From positions 32,001 to 96,000 of the forward strand of contig JBNKUM010000062.1 of NCBI GenBank assembly GCA_050298595.1: a stretch of 64,000 bases of DNA, written 5' to 3'. The DNA is from Gammaproteobacteria bacterium. GTDB taxonomy: Bacteria > Pseudomonadota > Gammaproteobacteria > GCA-001735895. Shown here one piece after another: positions 41,562 to 50,589 of the stretch; the first letter of the stretch is position 1; every line of letters begins with the position of its first letter. The position numbers and the translations under genes were made by a program. The notes beneath the pieces were generated by a model. The model did not search any database and was not told the DNA's origin. It saw only the letters and a program-made list of their open reading frames with translations.

Positions 41562-42851
41562 TTATTGGTTGTGTTTCTCCGCATCCAGAAAACTATCTGC
41601 AAGCGCCCTATACAAAGGTCTGGGGCAGATCAATGACGAGACACCCGATCCCAGAAAAGCTGTCACCATCAAGGGGAAAATCATATTCTGATTAGAGGTC
41701 ATCTCCAACACAATCACCATGGCTGTAATCGGAGCCTGAATCACCCCAGAGAAATAGGCAACCATACCGATTAGTACCATGAAAGATTGAGGGGCAAGTG
41801 GTATGAAGTGGGCCATGTTTTGTCCAATACCGGCACCTGTCGCCAGAGATGGAGCAAAGATACCTCCAGGAATACCCGTAAAATAGGAACCCAGGGTGGC
41901 CAGGAACTTATAAAAAGGGAATAGCTGGTCCACCTGGCCGTCGCCAGAAACAATTTGATAAGCTGCACTGTAACCGGTTCCAAAGCTGCTATGGCCTGAA
42001 AGATGTCCTATGTATGCTATAAACAGACCCAGCATGCAGGTGATTCTCATTGGGTAGCGACGTAGCCAGGGCTGAATGAGTCGATTTCCACTGATAAGGG
42101 TTTGGCTGAATAGTCCTCCCAGAAAACCACCAAACACTCCGCAGATAAGCATGCTCGCTATGAGTGAAACATCCATACTAAAAACCGCCTGACTTATCCC
42201 GAAGTATTTATAGTTACCTACCAGAGCAATGGCTGTCATACCGGCGAAAATTACCGCCGTGAGAATAATTCCATTGGTTTTTTGCTGCATCGATTTACTG
42301 ATTTCTTCCAGCGCGAACACAATTCCAGCAAGAGGCGTATTAAAAGCAGCGGCAATACCGGCAGCCCCACCGGCGGCTATCATGCCGTGTTGATAATAGT
42401 GCGCAGGGAATTTAGCAAACTTCCCTAATGAATACATGATAGATGCACCGATATGGACGGTTGGGCCTTCGCGACCGATAGATGCTCCTGAGAATAATCC
42501 CATTGTGGTAAGCAGCAGTTTACCAATGGCAATGCGAAAAGATAATACAGATTGCTTATTCTGTAGATCCAGAGCCGCTATAGTCTGGGGGATGCCGCTG
42601 CCATTGGCACCAGGGAAATATTTCCGCATGAGCCAGGAGATCAGCATAAGACCTGCCGGGGTTAGAATGAAAGGAAGCAGTGGATAGTCATCAAGTAAGC
42701 GGGTAAAACTATGATCAGCAAGGTCAGCCATTTTTGCAAATAGTACGGCAATAATGCCAACGATCAACGCTCCAATCCAGAATACCAGACGCAGGCGCCA
42801 GGCTTTAAATGAGAACAGTCTACGTCGTGATCGTCGAATATGTTTGCGCAT
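41562..42851 (-). CDS. ClC-family Cl-/H+ antiporter
   Basis: GSGIP, GREGPTVHI, FALEE, GIFAP, PLY. Confidence 0.93.
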   Translation of the reverse strand: MRKHIRRSRRRLFSFKAWRLRLVFWIGALIVGIIAVLFAKMADLADHSFTRLLDDYPLLPFILTPAGLMLISWLMRKYFPGANGSGIPQTIAALDLQNKQSVLSFRIAIGKLLLTTMGLFSGASIGREGPTVHIGASIMYSLGKFAKFPAHYYQHGMIAAGGAAGIAAAFNTPLAGIVFALEEISKSMQQKTNGIILTAVIFAGMTAIALVGNYKYFGISQAVFSMDVSLIASMLICGVFGGFLGGLFSQTLISGNRLIQPWLRRYPMRITCMLGLFIAYIGHLSGHSSFGTGYSAAYQIVSGDGQVDQLFPFYKFLATLGSYFTGIPGGIFAPSLATGAGIGQNMAHFIPLAPQSFMVLIGMVAYFSGVIQAPITAMVIVLEMTSNQNMIFPLMVTAFLGSGVSSLICPRPLYRALADSFLDAEKHNQ

Positions 42852-43012
42852 AATTAGGGTTGCTACTGCTCAGTTATCATTATAATAATTTGTCGAAATT
42901 CAGCAGGTCGGGTGTATGAATAAAATAATTGCCTCAGTTGGGTAAGATAATGGAGTATTTAAGTTTTCGAGTAACTCTGGCTTATCCAGGCAGGTACTGG
43001 AAAATGTTAAAA

Positions 43013-43363
43013 CTAAACTTTACCCATCGTAAACTTTGTACCCGGTGGTCTATGCGCCCTTATTTTTTGACCGCTTAGAGCAAGAATCCTGTGTTGGTCG
43101 AGCAATAGCTGGTATAGGAACATCAGTTCTTCCTGTGCTTCAACTGGAAATCCCTGACGTCTTTTGCCACCCTCAACAAGAATGAGCTCTTCCAGATACT
43201 TTTGACCCTCTCTATATCGCCATAGGCTGCTGATCGTTTTGATCACTCTTGGGAATGATTCAAGCGCAGCTGGCTTTCCAGCTCTCATACGCTTTATCTG
43301 TTCACTTTTTCTGAACAACTGCTGAGCAATCTCAGGACTAATCACTCTGTTATTGATGGCCAT
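43013..43363 (-). CDS. Hypothetical protein (LE.FPRV...W...YL..L...RQGFP...EL motif)
   Basis: Open 116-codon frame; motif resembles an uncharacterised proteobacterial helical domain, from memory. Confidence 0.65.
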   Translation of the reverse strand: MAINNRVISPEIAQQLFRKSEQIKRMRAGKPAALESFPRVIKTISSLWRYREGQKYLEELILVEGGKRRQGFPVEAQEELMFLYQLLLDQHRILALSGQKIRAHRPPGTKFTMGKV

Positions 43364-43800
43364 ACCGGTCAGGCACTCGTATTGGTTAATAGCTTAATAT
43401 TAAGCAATGAATCATATATTACCACGCTTTTTTTAATGAGAATATGCACGCAAATAATGTAATAAAAAAACTGCTTAAAAAGAAATATTCTTAGTTTTAT
43501 CTTATAGAATCATAGCATTATCTATTGTTTATAGTAAATTACTTGATAAATGTTATTTAACTGATTGAATTAACATGGGCTTATCGTCGAGGTCCAGTTT
43601 GGATAAAGGGGTTGAAATTCCACTATCAGTGACCACAGGTGCATGTTGATGTGCACAGATAGTCCAGGCAAACCAGTAATTAGCATAGCAGCTTTAAATA
43701 TTAGAGTGCCGTCAAGCTAGTTGCTAAGATTTTTTTTTAAATCGTACCCATGATAATACTCCTGCCTGATAGCTCTAATTACGGAAAAAACTACTCAATA

Positions 43801-44892
43801 ATGAAACCATCCAGTAAATATGAAGAGTTTTTGCGACAATCCGGTTTTTGTCAGGATGCCGCACAACAAGATGCCATATTTTTACTCGATAGATTGCAGG
43901 AGCAGCTACAACCGATAGAGCAGGGAATCATACAAAGGATTGCCAGTTCTGTTGCCAGGATAAAAGGGGACTGCCCAAAAATTAAGGGGCTTTACTTCTG
44001 GGGAGGGGTAGGAAGGGGTAAAACCTTTCTGATGGACATATTTTTTGAAACCCTGCCTGTTAAGCAGAAAAAAAGAGTCCATTTCCATAAGTTCATGAAA
44101 CAGATTCATGATGAATTAACACTTGCGAAAAAAGGTTTGGATCCTCTGAGGAAGATTGCCTTAAAGGTTACTGATAATTGTAAAGTATTGTGCCTGGATG
44201 AGTTTGTTGTGACTGATATCGGCGATGCCATGTTAATCGGACGATTGCTGTCATTTTTATTTGAGCAGGGCACAATTCTGGTTACTACCTCTAATACGCC
44301 GCCGGATGATCTGTATAAAGGGGGGTTACAGCGAGCGAATTTCCTTCCGGCAATAGATTTGATTAAAAAAAATTGTGATATCTGTAACCTGGATGGAGGT
44401 AAGGATTATCGCATGCTGGGATTGAGTGATACCGATTTGTATCACTTCCCGCACGATGAGGATGCTGTATCCAGCATACAGAAATACATCCAGCATCATC
44501 TTGTGTCAGGTGAGCATCATCAAACCATAGATATCAATAATAGACCGATACGCTTTGAATACTGTGGTGAGGATACTATCTGGTTTACCTTTGAAGAATT
44601 GTGTAAAACTACTCGCAGTCAGTTGGATTTTCTGGAAATCGCCCAGTTATTTGGAACGGTAATACTAACCGATATCGAACAGATGGGGAATACTTCTAAT
44701 GATGCTGCGCGGCGATTTATTTCTTTGATTGATGTTTTATACGACCATAGGGTTAAATTAATCTGTACCGCAGAGGTTTCTCATAATGAACTCTATACAG
44801 AAGGCTTTCTGTCTTTTGAGTTTCAGCGTACAGTGAGCCGATTGCAGGAAATGCAAAGTCAGAATTACATGCACGAGTCACATGTTATTTAA
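43801..44892 (+). CDS. zapE: Cell division ATPase ZapE (AFG1 family)
   Basis: GLYFWGGVGRGKT, RVHFH, LCLDEF, TSN, RRFISLIDVLYD, FQRTVSRLQEMQS; ATG at 43801 preferred over 43750. Confidence 0.93.
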   Translation: MKPSSKYEEFLRQSGFCQDAAQQDAIFLLDRLQEQLQPIEQGIIQRIASSVARIKGDCPKIKGLYFWGGVGRGKTFLMDIFFETLPVKQKKRVHFHKFMKQIHDELTLAKKGLDPLRKIALKVTDNCKVLCLDEFVVTDIGDAMLIGRLLSFLFEQGTILVTTSNTPPDDLYKGGLQRANFLPAIDLIKKNCDICNLDGGKDYRMLGLSDTDLYHFPHDEDAVSSIQKYIQHHLVSGEHHQTIDINNRPIRFEYCGEDTIWFTFEELCKTTRSQLDFLEIAQLFGTVILTDIEQMGNTSNDAARRFISLIDVLYDHRVKLICTAEVSHNELYTEGFLSFEFQRTVSRLQEMQSQNYMHESHVI

Positions 44893-44897
44893 CTATT

Positions 44898-45851
44898 TCA
44901 GTTCACAAGCTCTATCATAGCCATCAACGCGGCATGGTCCGAAAATTTGTAATCTATGTCCTCAAACTTCAGGTTTTGTAGCTTATGATTTTTAGTATTA
45001 CTGATGAGTAAATAATCGAGCTGTTGTTTGTGCTTTTTATAGATAAAGGAATAGCGATGTTTAACTGGAACCGATCTGGTTAGGTCAATCAAATCCCTTT
45101 CGATAAGGTCTGAGCTTTTAAATTTTGCTCTCGTCTGATCAGGGTTACCTCGGATGATACCGATTACATCTACATACTTGTCCGACACGGGCAGGGCGTT
45201 AAAATCACCTACAAGGACTAATCTGTGTTGAGGATGAGAAATCTGGAATTGATTGACCCACCTTGCTAGTGTTTCTGCCTGTTGTTTTCTTTTTATCGCT
45301 ACACGTTTTCCCTCATTTTTATTTCTAAGTTCGCGCATAGATCTTAGATGTAAGTTAATTATGGTCACACACTCATCAATACAGACTTTAATGAGTAATG
45401 GAGGTCTTGAAAAAAGATAACTTTCTGAACTGCCATAATGAAGGTCTTTGAATAGCTGCCTTTGTTCTGTAACTCGGTAACGTTTTTTTACTAGATAACC
45501 CACATCTATACCTGATATGTCATTACCGTCCAACAAAACAGCTTGGTAATCTAAGCCCTTTTTCTTAAGAATTTTGACTACGTCCTGAAGTATATCCAGA
45601 TTTTCAACCTCCTGAAGTGCAATAATATCCGGCGTTGCAAAGCTGCTTGATATCTTTTCAGACAGCTTTTTAATACGCTTTTGGTAGGTTTTGCGTGTTA
45701 CAACTTTTTCATGTTGCCCATCATCTTTGTCGTCGAAAAAACGATTCATATTCTGAGATACCAGACTTAACGTTTGTCCCGCATATAATGGTTGGCAGGA
45801 AAATATAATGAATAGCAGCAATATCTTAAATAAGGTGAAAATCTTAATCAT
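44898..45851 (-). CDS. Secreted endonuclease/exonuclease/phosphatase (EEP) family protein
   Basis: Signal peptide; DIIALQEVEN, LFSRPPL, VGDFN, QLDY, FSDH. Confidence 0.9.
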   Translation of the reverse strand: MIKIFTLFKILLLFIIFSCQPLYAGQTLSLVSQNMNRFFDDKDDGQHEKVVTRKTYQKRIKKLSEKISSSFATPDIIALQEVENLDILQDVVKILKKKGLDYQAVLLDGNDISGIDVGYLVKKRYRVTEQRQLFKDLHYGSSESYLFSRPPLLIKVCIDECVTIINLHLRSMRELRNKNEGKRVAIKRKQQAETLARWVNQFQISHPQHRLVLVGDFNALPVSDKYVDVIGIIRGNPDQTRAKFKSSDLIERDLIDLTRSVPVKHRYSFIYKKHKQQLDYLLISNTKNHKLQNLKFEDIDYKFSDHAALMAMIELVN

Positions 45852-45912
45852 TGATAGAATAAGTAATAGCTAATATACTAATTTGAATTGAGGTCATTAT
45901 CTGGGGAATAAG

Positions 45913-46602
45913 ATGTTCAAACTTATACAACAAAAAGGATCATCCAGCATCGGGCTATTCTCAGCAATGGCCATTTTCATCGGTTTACTGGTTTATGCAA
46001 ATCAGTTTGCATTTAATAATAGCGAAAACAGTTTCTTATCATCATTTGTTAATAAGACCCCCGACACCGTAGCTACACAATCCGTTGAAGCCCTATCCAG
46101 TGCGGATACTGATACAATTCAACCTTCTTCACAAGGGATCTTTAAAACTCCTACACTGACACTAGAAGACAATAATGAAGTTGTGAATTCTGCGGAATCT
46201 GTAGAGCTCGCAAAACTGAGTCCAGCGACTTCGACTGACGTTGAGTTAGCGGCTAAACAGGCGTTGTCTCAGCCAAATATGATGCCAGTAAATAATGTAT
46301 CGGGGTATTGGTATGGTGACCAGGCTACCTTATTTTTATACAATTCTCACAATGCAGGTTTTAATAATGGCCAGCAAAATTACTCAACTTCCAGAGCCTA
46401 TGGCCGTAGTGACGGTCGCGGAAAAATGAAAGGCGATGGTGAATTTAACTTTTCAATGAAATTTAAAGCCCGTGGCAGAATGGATGCGAATAGTGATTTT
46501 GATAACAATTTAGATGCTTATGGTAATGCTTATCAGCAGAGCCAATACAACGTGAATGCCATATCCAGCCCAGCTAACAGATATCACTACTACAGCTATT
46601 AA
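45913..46602 (+). CDS. N-terminally membrane-anchored protein with a low-complexity linker and a sulfur-globule-like C-terminal motif
   Basis: TM segment IGLFSAMAIFIGLLVYA; S/T-rich linker; GRSDGRGKMKGDGEFNFSMKFKARGRMDANSDFD followed by a Tyr/Asn-rich tail. Confidence 0.55.
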   Translation: MFKLIQQKGSSSIGLFSAMAIFIGLLVYANQFAFNNSENSFLSSFVNKTPDTVATQSVEALSSADTDTIQPSSQGIFKTPTLTLEDNNEVVNSAESVELAKLSPATSTDVELAAKQALSQPNMMPVNNVSGYWYGDQATLFLYNSHNAGFNNGQQNYSTSRAYGRSDGRGKMKGDGEFNFSMKFKARGRMDANSDFDNNLDAYGNAYQQSQYNVNAISSPANRYHYYSY

Positions 46603-47399
46603 ATAATATCGGATAAATAGTCTAACCAGTGTTGATGTAACAGCTCATCACTGGCGGCTATAACCTGCCTTGGGGAGAGTGAATGATTGAATACCGGCTG
46701 ACCAGGCTGTGAGCAACTTATACCTCCGGCTGATTCTAGCAGCAGGCAGCCAGCAGCATAATCCCAGATTTTTTCTCCGCCATGCAGTAATAACTGTAAT
46801 CTACCTGCTGCAAGCCAGGCCCATTCTAAAGCACAGGTTCCAATGTTCCGTTGCGACTTGAAAGGTATTGTCCCAACGATATGCTGACTTACTTGCGGAT
46901 CTAGTCTTTTGAAATCGATACTAGCCAGACAGTCTTTTAGTTTTTTGGGTTGGATGGGTTTTGTCGCTGGGCTGCCATTAATGCATAATGGCTCTCCTTT
47001 AATAGCGCTAAAGCACTCTTTTCTGACTGGATCATAGATAACCCCAAAAACTATTTCTCCTTTCTCCACCAGGGCCAATGAAACTGCGAATAGTGGTACG
47101 CCGTGATAAAAGTTATTGGTACCATCTACCGGATCAAGGCACCAGAAAGTCTCACCCTCCTCAATGATTTCTTGTTGCTGAGAATAGGTCATTTCTTCAC
47201 CAAGCATAGGTATGTCGGGCACTAGTTGAAATAGCTCAGAAGTAATGGACTGTTGCATTCGAGTATCGATCTCGGTCACCAGGCTGCCATCCTGTTTGAT
47301 CTCTGCGCTGACTTGTCCTGAATACTGAGTTAATAAAGCGTCTGCATGCTGGCAGACGATATTTTCTACTGGGGGGAGTAGTTTATTTACAGGTTTCAT
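46599..47399 (-). CDS. Inositol monophosphatase family protein (SuhB/CysQ superfamily)
   Basis: KQDGSLVTEID, LGEE, LDPVDGTNNF, WDYAAG. Confidence 0.92.
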   Translation of the reverse strand: MKPVNKLLPPVENIVCQHADALLTQYSGQVSAEIKQDGSLVTEIDTRMQQSITSELFQLVPDIPMLGEEMTYSQQQEIIEEGETFWCLDPVDGTNNFYHGVPLFAVSLALVEKGEIVFGVIYDPVRKECFSAIKGEPLCINGSPATKPIQPKKLKDCLASIDFKRLDPQVSQHIVGTIPFKSQRNIGTCALEWAWLAAGRLQLLLHGGEKIWDYAAGCLLLESAGGISCSQPGQPVFNHSLSPRQVIAASDELLHQHWLDYLSDII

Positions 47400-47500
47400 A
47401 AGTTTATTTTGTATTCCAACGGCTAAAGCTTCTGATGAAGAGATTATGTTGCTATAGTCAAATATTCTAGTTTACTTCTACTGGCCATTATACATTCAAT

Positions 47501-48892
47501 ATGAACGCGCCTGCGTCCTTTAAGAATCCCTTTTTTATTACTCGCCGAAGCGCAAACCTGATGGAAGACCTGCACCGACAGATCTCAGCTGTTGGTGCGA
47601 TTTGCCTGCTGTATGGTGTTGAAGGTGTGGGTAAGACTCGACTGATCAAACAGTTTATATCGACAAGACTTGCGGGTCGAAATGTGAAGTTTTGCAGACT
47701 CAGCACAGACGGTTTTTTTCTGGATGATGATGCTCAATTGCATGCCTTTGATCGCCTGATGCCGACCATACTTGGCTCGCCCCCAGACAATTCTATTTGG
47801 GTCATTGATCAGCTGGAGTTAGCCTCTGGCGAGTTTATACAACAGTTGCTTCAATTCTGGTCACTCCATGCGAGTGAGCTAAATTGTGCCTTAATTCTCG
47901 GCTGTAGGCCTCGGTATCTCGGTACTGTCTACAAAATATCACAACAGCTTAAACTCAAGATCCCCAGTGTAGAGTTGAAGCCTTTATCTAAAAGTGAAAG
48001 TTTACAATATCTATCAGCTCAGCTTTGTCCAAATATGGATTCAGTTGCGGTATTATCCATCGAATTAAGCAGAGAATTTAAACTAGCCGGCGGGATCCCG
48101 GGGTTGCTAGACCAGATTATCCAGCGACATTCTGGCTTAATTGAATGCAGTCAACAAAATCTGCATAACCGGAAAATTAAGGTTCTGTTTTTATTAGCTG
48201 CTTCGATGTTGATGCTCGGTCCTGTTATATATTTAAATTTCAGTAAATTTGATCTTATTGAGAGCCAGGCAATCCAGCAAGCAGCAGAAGTAAAGGGTAA
48301 GGAGTTCCCGAGACAGAAAATAAATCAACTGGAAAACTTTGAAACTCCTGGTCTCGTTGAGCCCGTGATTTTAGAACAGGAGGAGTTAATAACAGGCGAG
48401 AAAGAGCCTGAGTTAGCACTTTCTGGTGAAATTACAGACAGACCAAAACAGGGGCTGGGTACCGAATCAGTAGAAATGGTTGCTGCAGTAAACACAGAAA
48501 TCGAAACTGAACAGATGCCGAAACCACAAAATGTATTACTTGAACGGATATCGGCTACCGATGAATGGTTACAGCTGTCTTCAGATGACACGGCAAGTAT
48601 TCAGATAATGAGCTTAGGGAAAGACTCACAAAAGTCCCTGCTGGTTTTTTTACGCAAGCTAGTTGCTAATGGCATCAGTATGGAGCAAATCTATATTTAC
48701 GAGATGAATAAAGCTAGCGATCATATTTATGTGGTTTTGTTTGGTAGCTATGCAGACCGTTCTGAAGCTCGTATTCAGATCAATTCTTTGCCAGTCTCTC
48801 TTAAAGCTAATTCGCCCATTATTCGAACTATTCGAGGCATTAAAAACGAAATTGAAAAAAGTAAAAATCAACTGTCGCTGGAATATATGTGA
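47501..48892 (+). CDS. AAA/P-loop ATPase - TM - SPOR-like domain protein (ExeA/DamX-like)
   Basis: Walker A GVEGVGKT; degenerate Walker B WVIDQLE; GGIPG; TM helix; C-terminal SIQIMS...YVVLFGSYADRSEA...SLP...PIIR. Confidence 0.7.
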   Translation: MNAPASFKNPFFITRRSANLMEDLHRQISAVGAICLLYGVEGVGKTRLIKQFISTRLAGRNVKFCRLSTDGFFLDDDAQLHAFDRLMPTILGSPPDNSIWVIDQLELASGEFIQQLLQFWSLHASELNCALILGCRPRYLGTVYKISQQLKLKIPSVELKPLSKSESLQYLSAQLCPNMDSVAVLSIELSREFKLAGGIPGLLDQIIQRHSGLIECSQQNLHNRKIKVLFLLAASMLMLGPVIYLNFSKFDLIESQAIQQAAEVKGKEFPRQKINQLENFETPGLVEPVILEQEELITGEKEPELALSGEITDRPKQGLGTESVEMVAAVNTEIETEQMPKPQNVLLERISATDEWLQLSSDDTASIQIMSLGKDSQKSLLVFLRKLVANGISMEQIYIYEMNKASDHIYVVLFGSYADRSEARIQINSLPVSLKANSPIIRTIRGIKNEIEKSKNQLSLEYM

Positions 48893-48927
48893 CGCCAAAA
48901 AACAGCATAAATGATACGATAAGTCGA

Positions 48928-48941
48928 TTGATTTGAATCAA
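48928..48941. promoter_or_regulatory. Perfect FNR/ANR-type box upstream of the sulfur-globule-like gene
   Basis: TTGAT-TTGA-ATCAA matches TTGAT-N4-ATCAA exactly; flanking A and T extend the palindrome. Confidence 0.65.
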
Positions 48942-49031
48942 TAAACAGGAATTAAGCAGACTAAATGGTTTATTAGTATTTCATTATATAGCATAATGAC
49001 CGAACCACTTAACTATAGGAAGGGGACAATA

Positions 49032-49514
49032 ATGTTTAACTATATAAAAACTTTAATTGTAGGGCTGATGCTAATATTTTCTTACAGCGCCAATGCTTCT
49101 GATTTCTTTGGCGGCAACGATTGTCCACCCTGGGCATATGACTGTAATGATTGGCCAGAATGGACTCCAATGTACTGGATGGAAGAGATGAGCGACGAAT
49201 TTGATAATGACAATGATTATTATGGATACGGCGGCCCAGGTCCATACGGCGGTATGCCTTACGGCGGACCTATGCCATACGGTGGCCCAGCTCCATACGG
49301 TGCTCCAATGCCTTACGGTGCTCCAATGCCATACGGTGGTCCAGCTCCATACGGTGCTCCAATGCCATACGGCGGCCCAGCTCCATATGGTGCTCCAATG
49401 CCTTATGGTGGGCCAGGACCATACGGTGCTCCTAGACCACCTCAGGGAGCTCCTTTCGGAGGACCAGTTCCACCTTATGGTCGTCCTGCACCACAAAACG
49501 CGCCTGCTAAATAA
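49032..49514 (+). CDS. Secreted Pro/Gly/Tyr-repeat protein, putative sulfur globule envelope protein
   Basis: AGGAAGGGG RBS before ATG 49032; signal peptide ANA-S; NDWPEWTPMYWMEEM motif; 11 tandem PYG-led repeats. Confidence 0.7.
   Translation: MFNYIKTLIVGLMLIFSYSANASDFFGGNDCPPWAYDCNDWPEWTPMYWMEEMSDEFDNDNDYYGYGGPGPYGGMPYGGPMPYGGPAPYGAPMPYGAPMPYGGPAPYGAPMPYGGPAPYGAPMPYGGPGPYGAPRPPQGAPFGGPVPPYGRPAPQNAPAK
49227..49436 (+). repeat. Coding tandem repeat, about 18-bp unit (CCATACGGTGCTCCAATG / CCATACGGTGGCCCAGCT)
   Basis: Encodes PYG(G/A)P(M/A/G) hexapeptides; variation is mostly synonymous. Confidence 0.9.
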
Positions 49515-49541
49515 GGCTTGAGCTATAGATGGTTTATCCTG

Positions 49542-49970
49542 TTAGCATTGCTCCCAGGGTAAACCGTCAAATCTCCACCCAGCAATGGAGCTGCGATGAT
49601 GTGTATCATCCAGTTCGCCTTCAAATCCTGTATCAATGTTATAAACTCGATTGAATCCAGCATCGATTAATACCTGCCCAGCTTCGGCAGAACGTTTTCC
49701 ACTGCGACAAATCAGCACTACAGGTGCACATTGATGATCTTCTGTGCAAATCACACCACCCAGTATTAACTTTCTGATATCGCGTACAAAGTGCGGATTG
49801 ATTTCCCAATCTGGTTCTTCAATCCAGGGAATATTAACTGACCCTACCGGATGACCGATAAATAGAAACTCCATTTCAGATCGAACATCTACAAATACCA
49901 TGTTTGGTTCTTTATGTAGCATTTCTGCGGCCTGTTTTGGGGTGATATGGATTAATTCTGGTTTTTTCAT
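49542..49970 (-). CDS. Single-domain rhodanese (sulfurtransferase)
   Basis: VDVRSEME, GHP, active-site CRSGKRS, YNIDTGFEG, GWRFDGLPW. Confidence 0.92.
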   Translation of the reverse strand: MKKPELIHITPKQAAEMLHKEPNMVFVDVRSEMEFLFIGHPVGSVNIPWIEEPDWEINPHFVRDIRKLILGGVICTEDHQCAPVVLICRSGKRSAEAGQVLIDAGFNRVYNIDTGFEGELDDTHHRSSIAGWRFDGLPWEQC

Positions 49971-50057
49971 GGCGCTGTACTCTCGTTTTTTGAATTTTAT
50001 AACTTAAATTAGTCCCACTTGATACAAACAATTTATTACAAGTTTATAAGTTCGTTT

Positions 50058-50588
50058 TTAATACGGAGAGGAGTGGGAGTAAAACCAGCCCCATTCGGAG
50101 TTGCAAAACAGGCGAATGGATTGAATGAAGCTTTCGGAGGGAATGGCTTCTTTAGGGAAAATAGAGGTGATTTCAATAAAAACATCTGAGTAAGCAGCAG
50201 ACTTACGCCAGTTGATTTCGCTAATTACACCGGAGTTATCGCATTGATCACATATCCATTTAGCGTAAGGAGGGGATGAGAGTAGTACAAGTGGATTGGG
50301 TATTTTGTGTTTGCAACGTGGAAAGCGAAGTGTTTCAATTGAGTCGCCACCCATCCCATGTATCTCCGTAAACATGTGTATATGTATTTCACTTTCGCTT
50401 CCACCTGTGGAAAGTGCCGGCGAACATCCCAGATAGGTAATATGCGCCATCAATTTTGGCCCTGCCAGCATCTTTCCTGGGTTTTCGGTGGTTAAGCCAA
50501 ATTGCTGCTCTGAAAAAAAATCAGCTAATTCCTTTATTGTAAATGGCCGGTGAGATTGTGATGGGTACAGATATAAAGAAAAACCCAT
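50058..50588 (-). CDS. Hypothetical protein with Cys motifs
   Basis: ITYLGCSP, PRC, CDQC, WRKSA, IFPKEAIP; starts 1 nt after the epimerase stop. Confidence 0.65.
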   Translation of the reverse strand: MGFSLYLYPSQSHRPFTIKELADFFSEQQFGLTTENPGKMLAGPKLMAHITYLGCSPALSTGGSESEIHIHMFTEIHGMGGDSIETLRFPRCKHKIPNPLVLLSSPPYAKWICDQCDNSGVISEINWRKSAAYSDVFIEITSIFPKEAIPSESFIQSIRLFCNSEWGWFYSHSSPY

Positions 50589-50589
50589 G

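Noticed and set aside
43560-43700. Minus-strand fragment encoding YWFAW as a possible pseudogene
   Set aside because: No start codon in that frame and only a five-residue resemblance; cannot be told from chance
43660-43730. c-di-GMP-I riboswitch suggested by GGCAAACC ... AGCTAGTTGC
   Set aside because: The GNRA-capped P2 stem and the GACGCAAAG junction are missing
49227-49436. Tandem repeats as a possible CRISPR array
   Set aside because: Units are contiguous 18-mers with no unique spacers, vary at codon third positions, lie inside a signal-peptide ORF, and no cas genes are present
49071-49521. Trp-rich antisense ORF 49071-49496 and alternate-frame ORF 49201-49521
   Set aside because: Stop-free shadows of the PYG repeat; the synonymous variation fits only the PYG frame
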